From Opitutia bacterium (GTDB taxonomy: Bacteria; Verrucomicrobiota; Verrucomicrobiia; Opitutales; Opitutaceae): 64,000 bases of DNA. The position numbers were made by a program, and so were the translations under genes. Shown piece by piece: positions 8,784 through 18,507 of the stretch. The stretch covers positions 1 through 64,000 of the forward strand of contig CANJVR010000004.1 of the NCBI GenBank assembly GCA_947478395.1. Direction: 5' to 3'. The number at the start of each line of letters is the position of its first letter. Position 1 is the first letter of the stretch. A model generated the notes under the pieces. That model searched no databases. It saw only the letters and a program-made list of their open reading frames with translations, and was not told the origin of the DNA.

Positions 8784-8799
8784 TGGAACCACATTTGCT
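8784..8799 (+). promoter_or_regulatory. Sigma54 -24/-12 promoter of flgB operon
   Basis: TGGAAC-CACAT-TTGCT (GG-N10-GC), preceded by an AT-rich tract with IHF-like site (8741-8753). Confidence 0.7.
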
Positions 8800-8810
8800 T
8801 AAGGCCTGGC

Positions 8811-9194
8811 ATGATCCAAGGAATCGAGCCCAGTCTCACGATGCGCATCGCGCAGAGGTCACTTGACGCGTGCGTCCTTCGACAGGAGGCGCTGGCCTCG
8901 AACATCGCCAACGCCGAAACCCCGGGTTTCAAGCGGATGGACGTCGCCAAGGATTTTGCTGATCGACTCAAGACTGCGGTCCAGCGCGGCGGCACCAAGG
9001 GTGCCTTGCCGGCGCCTCGACTGGCCGAAGATAGCCACGCCCGCGCGCAGCGGGCCGATGGTAACACGGTCGATCTGGAAAACGAATTGCTCCAGATGAA
9101 CAAAAATCAGGTCGATCACGAATACCTGACGAACCTCATTGGCTCTAATTTTAAGACGCTGAAAATGGCGATCACCGGTCGTAGCAGCTTCTAA
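8811..9194 (+). CDS. flgB: Flagellar basal-body rod protein FlgB
   Basis: RQEALASNIANAETPGFK, RADGNTVDLE motifs. Confidence 0.95.
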   Translation: MIQGIEPSLTMRIAQRSLDACVLRQEALASNIANAETPGFKRMDVAKDFADRLKTAVQRGGTKGALPAPRLAEDSHARAQRADGNTVDLENELLQMNKNQVDHEYLTNLIGSNFKTLKMAITGRSSF

Positions 9195-9211
9195 TTTAAC
9201 TTTTCGCCACC

Positions 9212-9637
9212 ATGGAACTCATCACTGGAGTAGGTTCGACCGGCAGCGCGCTGAACGCGCAAAAAACCCGGCTCGATCTCATCGCCCAAAATATCGCAAA
9301 CGCCCAGACCACGCGTTCGGCTGACGGCGGTCCTTATAAGCGCCAAGTCGTTACGTTCGAAGCTCAGCTGGCAAACCGCATGGCCCGCGCGGGCCAAGGT
9401 GCTGGGCAAACCGGCGTCAGGGTCGCCTCGATTAGTAACGATCCGACCCCGGGCCAGAAAATCTATGATCCGCGGCACCCTGATGCGGATGCTCAGGGCA
9501 TGGTGACCATGCCCAACGTGAATGTTTCGACCGAAATGGTGGATCTTATCACCGCCTCCCGCACCTACGAAGCCAACCTCTCCGTCGTCAAAGCGGCCCG
9601 CCAAATGGCCCAGAAGACGATCGATATCGGCCGCTAA
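9212..9637 (+). CDS. flgC: Flagellar basal-body rod protein FlgC
   Basis: IAQNIANAQTT, GPYKRQ, YDPRHPDAD, MPNVN..EMVDLI.ASRTYEAN. Confidence 0.97.
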   Translation: MELITGVGSTGSALNAQKTRLDLIAQNIANAQTTRSADGGPYKRQVVTFEAQLANRMARAGQGAGQTGVRVASISNDPTPGQKIYDPRHPDADAQGMVTMPNVNVSTEMVDLITASRTYEANLSVVKAARQMAQKTIDIGR

Positions 9638-9645
9638 TTTAATCC

Positions 9646-9993
9646 ATGTCTACTATCGGTGCTATTACAGCGAGCGGTGCAGGTCCATTGGCGGCCACGC
9701 GTCTCCAAGGCTTGGATCTGAAGGGACTCACCTCCGGCGGCGTTGGTGCGGCCGACAAGGCAGCCTCTGCGCCCACGGATTTTGCCGGCGTTTTGTCGCA
9801 AGTGGTCTCGCCGCTGATCGATAAGCAAAACGAAGCGGCTGCGTTGACCAAGTCTGTCCTGCTCGGCCAGGGCGCACCCTTGCACCAGAGTGTGATCGCG
9901 ATGCAGGAAGCCTCGGTGGCTTTCAGTCTCATGGTCGAGGTTCGTAATAAAGTCGTAGAGGGCTTCCAAGAGCTCATGCGCATGCCCGTCTAA
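9646..9993 (+). CDS. fliE: Flagellar hook-basal body protein FliE
   Basis: C-terminal LMVEVRNKVVEGFQELMRMPV. Confidence 0.95.
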   Translation: MSTIGAITASGAGPLAATRLQGLDLKGLTSGGVGAADKAASAPTDFAGVLSQVVSPLIDKQNEAAALTKSVLLGQGAPLHQSVIAMQEASVAFSLMVEVRNKVVEGFQELMRMPV

Positions 9994-10020
9994 ATTTTTT
10001 GACCACCCACGTCCGTATAA

Positions 10021-11586
10021 ATGAAACCTTTTCTTGATTCTTTCCTCCGAGTTTGGCGCGAATTTACCGTCGGCCAGAAAACCTCGATCATCCTCGCGGC
10101 CTTGCTGGTGATCGGTGGACTCACGGCGGTGGCGGTATGGTCGGGCCAACCTGATTACCAGCTTCTGTACGGGCGTCTGGCCCAAAAAGACGCGGCCGTC
10201 ATCATCAGCTCGCTGCAGACGCAAAATATCAAATACCGCACGAGCCCGGATGGCAGCTCCGTCTACGTGCCGGCCGAAAACATCCATCGTCTGCGCATGG
10301 ATCTGGCCAGCAAAGGGCTCCCGAGCGGTGAGGGCGTCGGCTTTGAAATTTTCGACAAGGGTCAATTCGGCCTCAGCGATTTTGCGCAACGCACCAATTA
10401 CGCCCGCGCCCTGCAGGGTGAGCTCTCGCGTACGATCGCCCAGCTCGACGGCGTGGCCGCCGCTCGGGTGATGATTGTGCAGCCGGAGAATCGTCTCTTG
10501 CTGGTCGGTCAGAGTATCAAGCCGACGGCCTCCGTCTTCGTTGAACTGCGCGGCAACCGTCTGCCCGTCGAAGCCGTCAACGCCATCCGTAACTTGGTGG
10601 CTAATTCGGTGCAGGGCCTCCTGGTGGATGAGGTCGCCGTCATCGACCAAAAGGGTCATGTGCTTTCGGCTGACCTGAAGGACGACCCGACTTTGGGTGC
10701 GGCGACCAGCCAGATGCGCTACCGCCAACAGGTGGAAGACTATTTCGCGCGCAAAGTAGAATCCTTGCTCTCGCCCGTGATCGGGCCCGGCAACGCCGTG
10801 GTCCGGGTCTCGGCCGACATCGATAGCGAAACGGCCAACCGCAGTGAGGAACGTTTCGATCCCGAGGGCCAGGTGGTGCGTTCCCAGACCAATAGCGAAG
10901 AAACCTCGACCTCCGTTGAAAAGAAAAAATCGGGCGTCGCCGGGGTGACGAGCAACACCCCCGATGCGGCCAAAGACGAGGGCCCGCTTGTAGCCAACGA
11001 TCAGAACACGAAAAACCGGACCACGAGCTACGAAATCAATCGTGTGCTCACGAACAGCTCGCGCACGCCGGGCACAATCCGCGGTCTTTCTGCCTCGGTT
11101 TTCGTGGCCCAGCGCATGGTCGGAACGGGCGCGGAGGCCAAACCGCAGCCACGCACCGCCGAAGAATTACAGGGTTTGCGTAAGCTGGTGATTAACGCGA
11201 TCGGCCTGAAGGCCTTCGCTGGCGCCAATGCCAACGCCAACGTCGAGGACCTCGTCACGATTCAAGAAGCGGCCTTTCAATCTTCATTCCCGGCCGCCGG
11301 CGCGGATGACGTCGCCGTACCAACCAAGGTTCGCACCTGGATCGAGCTTGGGGCGAAATACATGCCGGTGTTAATTGCCGTGCTGGCCTTCGGTTTCTTC
11401 TTCCGGCTCCTGCGCACCCAACGTCCTGAGACGGTTCCGATGGAGGTCATCAATCCTCCGCGTGAGGAAGAGCAATCAGAACTACCGGCGGTCGTGACGG
11501 CCGCGACGCTCAACGAATTGCTCCGTAAGAAACCGGCCAACATCAGCGCCGCCCTCCGGGGCTGGACGGCTGAGGCCAAGTCTTAA
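10021..11586 (+). CDS. fliF: Flagellar MS-ring protein FliF
   Basis: Two TMs, GVGFEIFD..FGLSDF, RALQGELSRTI, PTASV. Confidence 0.96.
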   Translation: MKPFLDSFLRVWREFTVGQKTSIILAALLVIGGLTAVAVWSGQPDYQLLYGRLAQKDAAVIISSLQTQNIKYRTSPDGSSVYVPAENIHRLRMDLASKGLPSGEGVGFEIFDKGQFGLSDFAQRTNYARALQGELSRTIAQLDGVAAARVMIVQPENRLLLVGQSIKPTASVFVELRGNRLPVEAVNAIRNLVANSVQGLLVDEVAVIDQKGHVLSADLKDDPTLGAATSQMRYRQQVEDYFARKVESLLSPVIGPGNAVVRVSADIDSETANRSEERFDPEGQVVRSQTNSEETSTSVEKKKSGVAGVTSNTPDAAKDEGPLVANDQNTKNRTTSYEINRVLTNSSRTPGTIRGLSASVFVAQRMVGTGAEAKPQPRTAEELQGLRKLVINAIGLKAFAGANANANVEDLVTIQEAAFQSSFPAAGADDVAVPTKVRTWIELGAKYMPVLIAVLAFGFFFRLLRTQRPETVPMEVINPPREEEQSELPAVVTAATLNELLRKKPANISAALRGWTAEAKS

Positions 11587-11598
11587 TTTCGTCCGACC

Positions 11599-12615
11599 GT
11601 GACTTCTACTGAATACAGCAAACTGACTCGTCCGCAAAAACTCGCCGCGCTTTTAATCGTGGCGGGTCCGGACGCGGCCGCCGATATTTTACGGACGTTT
11701 CCCGACGCCGAAGTCGAAGAAATCTGCCGGCTGATGGGTGAGTTCGAAGTGGTTTCTCAAGAATTGAAAGATCTGCTCATCGCTGAATTCGAGCCCCTGA
11801 TCATCAGTGGCCTGAAGTCGATTGAAGGCGGATTTGATTTTGCCAAAAAGGCGCTCGATCTCTCCCGCGGTGAATTCAAGGCCGGCGCCATGCTCAGTCG
11901 AGTGGGGGCCAGCGTTAGTCTCGCTTCGGCCAAAGTCCTTGAGCGGATTTCCGAAATGGAAGGGCGCGATGTGTTCCTGCTCCTGAAGCGCGAACAACCC
12001 CAGACCATCGCCTTCGTGCTTTCTTACATCGACAAGCTGAAAGCGCGGGACGCCTTCAAATTGTTTTCGCCCGAGCTGCAGTCGGATATTTCGCTGCGCA
12101 TCGGTTTGATCGACAGCACCTCGCTCAAATACATCGAGAAAATCGCCAATCAACTCGGGGCGCACGTCTCCCAAAGTGAAGTTCCGGCGTTCCACCGTAG
12201 TGGTGGGGCTGAAACGGTGGCCAACATGCTTAAGGGCGTCTCCAAGGATGCGACCCGCGCGGTCATGGCCCAACTCGAAGAAAAAAATTCCCGTTTGGCT
12301 ACGGCGGTTCGCCGAAAACTGTTCTCGTTCGAAGATCTTTCCCGGCTCCGTCCGAGCGACATGCAGCGCCTCATGCGCGAAGTCGATGCCGCGCAACTGG
12401 CCCTCGCGCTCAAGGGTGCATCCGAAGGTATGCAGGAAAAAATCTTTGCGGCCCTTTCAAAACGTGCCGGCCAAGGTCTGCGCGACGATCTGTCGATGCT
12501 CAGCAATGTCCGGCCCAAAGAGGTTGCGACCGCGCAGTCTGCGGTCGTCGACATGCTCCGTAAACTCGAGGAATCGGGCGACATCATCCTCGATGAAGAT
12601 GAGGGGGAGGCATAA
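11599..12615 (+). CDS. fliG: Flagellar motor switch protein FliG
   Basis: KLAALL, GGFDFA, EQPQTIAFVLS, LFSFEDL, LALALKG; follows fliF. Confidence 0.93.
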   Translation: MTSTEYSKLTRPQKLAALLIVAGPDAAADILRTFPDAEVEEICRLMGEFEVVSQELKDLLIAEFEPLIISGLKSIEGGFDFAKKALDLSRGEFKAGAMLSRVGASVSLASAKVLERISEMEGRDVFLLLKREQPQTIAFVLSYIDKLKARDAFKLFSPELQSDISLRIGLIDSTSLKYIEKIANQLGAHVSQSEVPAFHRSGGAETVANMLKGVSKDATRAVMAQLEEKNSRLATAVRRKLFSFEDLSRLRPSDMQRLMREVDAAQLALALKGASEGMQEKIFAALSKRAGQGLRDDLSMLSNVRPKEVATAQSAVVDMLRKLEESGDIILDEDEGEA

Positions 12616-12618
12616 CCC

Positions 12619-13203
12619 ATGGCCGTTTCCCGTCATAGTATTTCATTCACCGGACCCTTTGTCTTAGCCGCTGAGGCGGTTGAGCCGGTCCGTCATTACA
12701 CGAAGGCCGAACTCGCGGCCGAATATGAACGCGGCCGCTGTGAAGGTGCCCGTCATGCTGATACGGGCGTGGAACATCGTTTTGTGGCCTTTCGCTCGGA
12801 GGTAAGCGCGGTGCAAAATGGTATTTTTGCCCGCTTGGGTGAGGCCGAAAAAATGATCGCTCAGCAGATGCGCGTCGCTTTGCCCGATCTGGCCGTTGAC
12901 GTCGCCAAACGGGTGCTCGCCGGTTTTGCGCCGCCACCCGAAGTGGTCGAGCAGTTGTGTCAGGAAGCGATGCGGGCCCTTTTCCCGGAGGTGCAAGATC
13001 TCGAGCTCGTCGTGGGTGAACGGGATCATGCGATCATCGAAAGCCTCGTGCCCGAGTGGAGAACGACGTATCCAGGAATCAAAGTGACGATCGATCCGGT
13101 TTTGATGGCCGGCGAGTGTCTGGTGCGGAGTCGTTTCGGGGTGATCGACGCACGGCATGGGGCGAAGGTCGAATCCCTGCGTCGGGAGCTCGCGCGCAAA
13201 TGA
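12619..13203 (+). CDS. fliH: Flagellar assembly protein FliH
   Basis: YERGRCEG, DPVLMAGECLVRSRFGVIDA; sits between fliG and fliI. Confidence 0.85.
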   Translation: MAVSRHSISFTGPFVLAAEAVEPVRHYTKAELAAEYERGRCEGARHADTGVEHRFVAFRSEVSAVQNGIFARLGEAEKMIAQQMRVALPDLAVDVAKRVLAGFAPPPEVVEQLCQEAMRALFPEVQDLELVVGERDHAIIESLVPEWRTTYPGIKVTIDPVLMAGECLVRSRFGVIDARHGAKVESLRRELARK

Positions 13204-14525
13204 ACGCCGGCGTGGCAGATATTCTTTCTTTGGTGCGGAGCCAGGTGCAGCAGGCCCCAACGTTTAGTCGTTATGGTCGGGTGGCTTCGATCTCGGGGCT
13301 CATTGTCGAGTCGGAAGGCCCCAATGTGGGTTTGGGCGAACTGTGTGTTTTGCGCAGCCAGCGTAATGATTTTGAAGTGCTCGCTGAAGTCGTAGGATTT
13401 CGCGCGGAGAAAATTTTGTTGATGGCATTGGGGGATGTCGGCGGCCTGCACGTGGGCTGCGAGACCGTGGCGATGGATTCGCTTTCTCTGCCGGTCGCCA
13501 ACGATCTGCTGCTGGGCCGGGTGCTTGATGCGCTTGGCCGTCCGATGGACGAAGGCGCGGCCTTGTCGCGTCAGCGCCAGGCTTGGGCGGCGCAAACTCA
13601 GCCCCCGCATCCGCTACGTCGTCAGCGTATTTCCGAGCCGTTTTTGACCGGAGTGAAAGCGATCGACGCTTTTACTCCTTTGGGCCGCGGTCAGCGCATG
13701 GGTATTTTTGCGGGCTCAGGCGTGGGTAAATCGACGCTGTTGGGGATGATTGCCCGCGGTTCCTCGGCCGATGTGGTCGTGATCGGGTTGGTCGGTGAGC
13801 GTGGCCGTGAGGTCCGTGAATTTATCGAGCGCGATTTGGGTCCGGAAGGCCTTAAGAAATCAGTGGTGGTGGTGGCGACTTCGGATGCGCCGGCGCCGAT
13901 GCGGTTGCGCGCGGCATTTACGGCGACGGCGTTGGCCGAGAGCTATCGCGATCAGGGTCGTAATGTTTTACTGCTGATGGACTCGGTGACGCGTTTTGCG
14001 ATGGCGCAGCGCGAGATTGGTCTGGCCGTGGGCGAACCTCCGGCGACGCGCGGTTACACGCCTTCGGTTTTCGCGTTATTGCCGCGGTTGCTGGAACGAA
14101 CTGGCACGGGTGAAACGGGGGCGATCACGGCCCTTTACACCGTGTTGGTGGAAGGCGACGACATGAACGAACCGGTGGCGGATACGGTCCGTGGTATTTT
14201 GGATGGGCACTTGGTGTTGTCGCGTGCGCTAGCGCACGCTAATCATTATCCTGCGATTGATATTCTCGAAAGTATTAGCCGGCTCGGTCGTGAGGTGGCG
14301 CCAAAATCCGTCCTCGAGATGTCGGCGGCCGCGCGAGAACACGTGGCGCTTTATCGCCGCAACGAGGATCTGATTAACATCGGTGCCTACAGCAAAGGCT
14401 CGAATCCGGCGCTGGACCAAGCGATTCGGGTGCATGCTCCGCTCCAGCAGTATCTGCGGCAGAGTATTGACGAAGTGGTGTCGGCTGAGGCGATGGCCGC
14501 TGGCTTGAAGGGGGCAGTGCAATGA
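13200..14525 (+). CDS. fliI: Flagellum-specific export ATPase FliI
   Basis: GIFAGSGVGKS, GERGREV, DSVTRFA.AQREIGL, HYPAID; ATGA overlap with fliH sets the start at 13200. Confidence 0.97.
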   Translation: MNAGVADILSLVRSQVQQAPTFSRYGRVASISGLIVESEGPNVGLGELCVLRSQRNDFEVLAEVVGFRAEKILLMALGDVGGLHVGCETVAMDSLSLPVANDLLLGRVLDALGRPMDEGAALSRQRQAWAAQTQPPHPLRRQRISEPFLTGVKAIDAFTPLGRGQRMGIFAGSGVGKSTLLGMIARGSSADVVVIGLVGERGREVREFIERDLGPEGLKKSVVVVATSDAPAPMRLRAAFTATALAESYRDQGRNVLLLMDSVTRFAMAQREIGLAVGEPPATRGYTPSVFALLPRLLERTGTGETGAITALYTVLVEGDDMNEPVADTVRGILDGHLVLSRALAHANHYPAIDILESISRLGREVAPKSVLEMSAAAREHVALYRRNEDLINIGAYSKGSNPALDQAIRVHAPLQQYLRQSIDEVVSAEAMAAGLKGAVQ

Positions 14526-14977
14526 AGCGCTTTCGTTTTAGGCTCCAAAGTTTACTGCATTTGCGTGAATTACGTGAATCGCAGGCGGCGAATGTGCTCG
14601 CGCAAAAGCTCGAGCATGAGCGGCGCTTGGCGAAAGAGTTGGCGCAAGCGCAGGCCCGTTCCGAGACCGCCCGCGCCAATTTATTTCAGGCTGAAGGCAA
14701 AAGCTTTGCCCCCCAGGATCACGCGGCGGCGCTGGCCGACTTTGATCGCACGCTGGCCCTCGAAAGTGCCGCGGAGAAGGCGCTCGTGAGCTTTGCCAAA
14801 GTGGTGGCGCTGGCGCGTCAGGCTTGGGCGGAAGCTGGCCGAGACGTGAAGGTCGTTAATAATCTGCGGGGCAAGGCGGAAGAGCGTCACATTCAAGAGG
14901 CGGCTCGCGTCGAGCAGGCCGAAATGGATGAAGCCGCGAGTCGTATCGTCGGAGCCTCCTATTCTCCTCTGTCATGA
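14522..14977 (+). CDS. fliJ: Flagellar export protein FliJ
   Basis: MKRFRFRLQSLL.LRE, EQAEMDE. Confidence 0.9.
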   Translation: MKRFRFRLQSLLHLRELRESQAANVLAQKLEHERRLAKELAQAQARSETARANLFQAEGKSFAPQDHAAALADFDRTLALESAAEKALVSFAKVVALARQAWAEAGRDVKVVNNLRGKAEERHIQEAARVEQAEMDEAASRIVGASYSPLS

Positions 14978-15606
14978 AACTTATAAGCTCACCCTTGTTG
15001 ATTATCTTGGTGGCCACGCTGATCAGCGTCGGACTCTCCTGCTATCTGGTGCTGCAGCGTGTGCCGGAATACGCGAAAATGGCAGCGGCGATGCGCCCCA
15101 AGCCCAAGGTGATCCCTTCGCATATACCGGATCGCCCCCCTCCGGTCGATGTCACCAGTCGTGCGGTCAGCGAATTGAAGTTAGCGAAGGATCAGTTGGC
15201 CACGCGTGAAGCTTCGTTGCTCGAGCAGCAGAAACGCCTCGCATCGGAGCGGCTCGAACTCGAGCGCACCCGGGCGGATATCGATCTGATGCGCAAGCAG
15301 GTTGAGGCTTATCTGACCGAAGCCAAGGGCTTGAGTGCAACTGCGCGCGCCGAGGACTCGGTTTCAGAACTAAAAAATCTCAAAACGCTGGTGCAAACCT
15401 ACTCGAGTATGTCGCCCAAATCGACGGTGGCGATCATGCTCCAGATGGAGGATGCCAGTGCGGTCAAGATTCTCGCGCTCATGAAAGTCGATGTCGTGGC
15501 GGGAATTTTTGAAGAGATGGGCAAACAGGCCGCCTCGGATCCTTTGATGGCCAAGCGGGCGGCTAAATTAGCCGAAGGCGTGAAAAACTTCCGTGCACCC
15601 AAATGA
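14974..15606 (+). CDS. YlxF/MotE-like protein (TM, coiled coil, MgtE_N-like domain)
   Basis: LKTLVQTYSSMSPKSTVAIMLQM...AVKILALMK; position after fliJ matches ylxF/flbB-type genes. Confidence 0.7.
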   Translation: MKLISSPLLIILVATLISVGLSCYLVLQRVPEYAKMAAAMRPKPKVIPSHIPDRPPPVDVTSRAVSELKLAKDQLATREASLLEQQKRLASERLELERTRADIDLMRKQVEAYLTEAKGLSATARAEDSVSELKNLKTLVQTYSSMSPKSTVAIMLQMEDASAVKILALMKVDVVAGIFEEMGKQAASDPLMAKRAAKLAEGVKNFRAPK

Positions 15607-17195
15607 TGTCTCCCTTTCAGCTGGATCCTAAACTTTCTGGCGCCTCGTCGCCTTCGTCCTCCGTGGTCGATTTTGAGGCCACGGGCAAAGCCTCGGCTGC
15701 GCCGGTTGATCGCAAACGCTCGTTTGCGACCTTGCTGGGCAACGTAAAAAAAGAAAAACCGCCTGAAACGCGTTGGTCGTCTGCCAATCAGCCAACCCGG
15801 GCCTCAGCGCTAAGCGAGAAGCTGCAGCATGCGCCGGTGGCAGCTAAGGCAAAAGGGAAGGATCATGCGCGTTCGACGGCTTCCCCGGGTTCTCCGGCCC
15901 GCTCCAAAGCGGAGGTGCCGAGCGAGCAGGAGAATGCGGTTAACCCCGACGACTCGCTGGGCGACACGGGTGCAGATAGGGAGCGCGTTGAGCTCCCGGA
16001 AAAAAAAGAGGATGATCAGGTCTCGGACACCTCGTTATTGATCGCAGGCCTGGCGCCCTCGCCGATGGAGGCGATCGCGCCGGTTGCTTTATTTATGGGT
16101 GCGGCGGCTTTCAGCGACTCCACTCAAGAGCAGAGTGAGTCCGCGGTTGAGTGCATGGGCGCATCAGGCGCCACGGCTAAGTTTGAACCAGGAGCGACTC
16201 CCTTGGACTTAATGCAAGCGGGTGCCCCAGGTCAGACTCAGCTGGGTGAATCTCTCGCCGCCGCGGTGTCCGCAAAAGGCTCAAACCTCGCGGCCACGGC
16301 TAAAACGGGCTCACTCAAAGACCAGAAGATTACGGCTGAGGCTCAGGTGGTATCGGCCAAGGACAAGACCGATGCCCTAGAAGCCCTGAAGGAAAATGCT
16401 CAGACGAGCGCTCAAGGGATCGCGGCCAAGGCCGACTCGGGTGAGCTGGCGCGAGCGATGAAGCATACGGCTTTGGCGTCGGCTGCCGGCGAACCAGTCT
16501 CGGGCCTTTTGAGCGGTCCAAGCCGCGCAGAAAAAAATGCCGCTGCACTCATCGCCGCCGTACCTAGCGGGAATAAAACCGATGGGTCGGATATTTTTAA
16601 TAACATCGAAAAGATTGGTAATAATAGTCTTAAGAAAGTTGATTCGGTGGTTGGCGTGTCAGCTGCTCAAGGAAACCCAGTTATGTCTAGCACCTTGCTT
16701 GATTTCGCTGAAGCCAGCCGAACGGACGCCCCGGCCTCCGAGGCGGTGGCGCGCGTGAATTTGGTGCAGGTGGTGGATGAAGTCGCGGCCATCACCGAGA
16801 AGATGAGAGTTTCAGGCCAGCATCGCTGCGTCGTGGATTTCGATGTCGCCGGCCACGGCAATCTGCGCGTCGAAGTGGTGCGTCGGGATGATCAATTGAA
16901 GACGGTGTTTAGCACCGATTCCGAGGCTTTGCGCCAGTCCCTGCAGGCCGCGTTGGATCGTGCCGATCGCCCGGGCCAGATGGCCACTTCGTTTGAGTGG
17001 CAGGGTGCGTCATCTGATTCCTCGGGTCGCGGTCAAAGCGGCACGCAGGCCGACGCCGATTCTCGCCAGAATACCTATTTCAAAGCCGAGTCTGGCAGCC
17101 GGACGGCGCGCGGTACCTCGGTTGCACCGGTCAGTACCGAACCGGTCACGGCGCCCCCGCTCGCGGCCCATCACCGTTTACAATTATTCGCTTAA
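15603..17195 (+). CDS. fliK: Flagellar hook-length control protein FliK-like
   Basis: Long low-complexity N-terminus; C-terminal T3S4-like domain (GNLRVEVVRRDDQLKTVFSTDSEALRQSL); directly precedes flgD. Confidence 0.75.
   Translation: MMSPFQLDPKLSGASSPSSSVVDFEATGKASAAPVDRKRSFATLLGNVKKEKPPETRWSSANQPTRASALSEKLQHAPVAAKAKGKDHARSTASPGSPARSKAEVPSEQENAVNPDDSLGDTGADRERVELPEKKEDDQVSDTSLLIAGLAPSPMEAIAPVALFMGAAAFSDSTQEQSESAVECMGASGATAKFEPGATPLDLMQAGAPGQTQLGESLAAAVSAKGSNLAATAKTGSLKDQKITAEAQVVSAKDKTDALEALKENAQTSAQGIAAKADSGELARAMKHTALASAAGEPVSGLLSGPSRAEKNAAALIAAVPSGNKTDGSDIFNNIEKIGNNSLKKVDSVVGVSAAQGNPVMSSTLLDFAEASRTDAPASEAVARVNLVQVVDEVAAITEKMRVSGQHRCVVDFDVAGHGNLRVEVVRRDDQLKTVFSTDSEALRQSLQAALDRADRPGQMATSFEWQGASSDSSGRGQSGTQADADSRQNTYFKAESGSRTARGTSVAPVSTEPVTAPPLAAHHRLQLFA
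16528..16667 (+). promoter_or_regulatory. Putative intragenic sigma54 promoter module inside fliK
   Basis: UAS-like CAGAA-AAAAA-TGCCG (16528-16542), AT-rich tract (about 16591-16644), TGGCGT-GTCAG-CTGCT with GG 16653-54 and GC 16665-66, in-frame ATG at 16683. Confidence 0.5.
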
Positions 17196-17198
17196 ACC

Positions 17199-17663
17199 AT
17201 GCCTATCCTCTCCATTACGCCCGCTCCCGTTGCTGCCGTTCCGGCCTCCGCAGCCCCCGCTACCGTTGCACGTTCGGCCAACAATTCGATGAGCCAGCAG
17301 GATTTTTTGAAACTGCTGACCATGCAGCTTAAAAATCAGGATCCGATGAAGCCGATGGATGATAATTCGATGGTTGCGACCATGGCGCAATTTACCGGCC
17401 TAGAACAATCCAGCCAGATGCTCACCTCCCTAAAGGGATTGGGTGACGCCAATAAAATGATCGCGGCGAGTAGCATGATCGGGCGCGAAGTCACGGTGAC
17501 CGATCCGGCCGGGACCCAGACCACCGGCATTGTTGATGCCGTTGAAACCACGGCGTCTGGTCTGCAACTGCGGATGGGCGCCTCTTTATTTTCATTAGCA
17601 TCAGTCACCCGCGTCGCGCCTACGATCACCACCACCGCGCTGCCCTCCAGCGTTCGGGCCTGA
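17199..17663 (+). CDS. flgD: Flagellar hook capping protein FlgD
   Basis: DFLKLLTMQLKNQDPMKPMD...MAQFTGLEQ, IGREV. Confidence 0.95.
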   Translation: MPILSITPAPVAAVPASAAPATVARSANNSMSQQDFLKLLTMQLKNQDPMKPMDDNSMVATMAQFTGLEQSSQMLTSLKGLGDANKMIAASSMIGREVTVTDPAGTQTTGIVDAVETTASGLQLRMGASLFSLASVTRVAPTITTTALPSSVRA

Positions 17664-17701
17664 ATTCAAAATTTATACACAACCTCTAATCCTTAAAACA
17701 T

Positions 17702-18487
17702 ATGCCCATCTCAGCCTCAATCTACTCTGGTGTTACCGCAATGAAGGCCTTCTCGAAAGGCGTCGAAACCATCAGCGCTAACATCGCGAATGCCAATACG
17801 ACCGGCTACAAATCGGCGACCGTTTCGTTTTCCTCCCTGATGAATGATTCGATTAAGAATTCGCAGGGTTCACTCTCGGTTACGGGGGTGAAAACCGATC
17901 TCGCCGTTTCCGGAGAAGGTTTTTTCCGCGTTTTGAAGACGGACGATAGTTCCGAGTACGCGACGCGCGCGGGGGATTTTCACTTCGATGAGGAGGGTTA
18001 TCTGGTCAACAGCAGTGGTTATCAGGTCCAGGGTTTGACGGGTGGCGTGGGCACGACTTTGCCCACGACCGTAGGTAGCATCCGTGTCAGTCAAACGCCC
18101 CCGGCGGGTGCGGAGTTGCTTAGCTTCGCTTTTGATAAAAAAGGTAATCTGACGGAAACGTACTCTGATGGCAGCACTGCCGTGACGAATCGCGTTCTGG
18201 TTCAACGTTACTCCAATCCCACCGCCCTCAAGCTCGACGGGGCGAATATGTTCACGAATTTTGAAAATGCCGCGCCCGTCGGTGGCGCCACGCTCACGGC
18301 TTTGGGCAATGCCCCTGGTGGCGTCGGCAATGGCACGATCGAACCGGAGACCCTTGAGCTCTCCAATGTCGATTTGACCAACGAATTCGCGGCGCTTATC
18401 AACGCGCAACGCAGTCTCCAAGCCTCTTCCCGCATCGTCACCGTTTCGGATTCGATGGTGGAAGACACGGTGAATCTTAAGCGCTAA
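17702..18487 (+). CDS. flgE: Flagellar hook protein FlgE (short form)
   Basis: NIANANTTGYK, TDLAVSGEGFF, TRAGDF.FD.EGYLV, LELSNVDLTNEF; follows flgD. Confidence 0.85.
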   Translation: MPISASIYSGVTAMKAFSKGVETISANIANANTTGYKSATVSFSSLMNDSIKNSQGSLSVTGVKTDLAVSGEGFFRVLKTDDSSEYATRAGDFHFDEEGYLVNSSGYQVQGLTGGVGTTLPTTVGSIRVSQTPPAGAELLSFAFDKKGNLTETYSDGSTAVTNRVLVQRYSNPTALKLDGANMFTNFENAAPVGGATLTALGNAPGGVGNGTIEPETLELSNVDLTNEFAALINAQRSLQASSRIVTVSDSMVEDTVNLKR

Positions 18488-18507
18488 GTTTTAAATATTT
18501 TACTACC

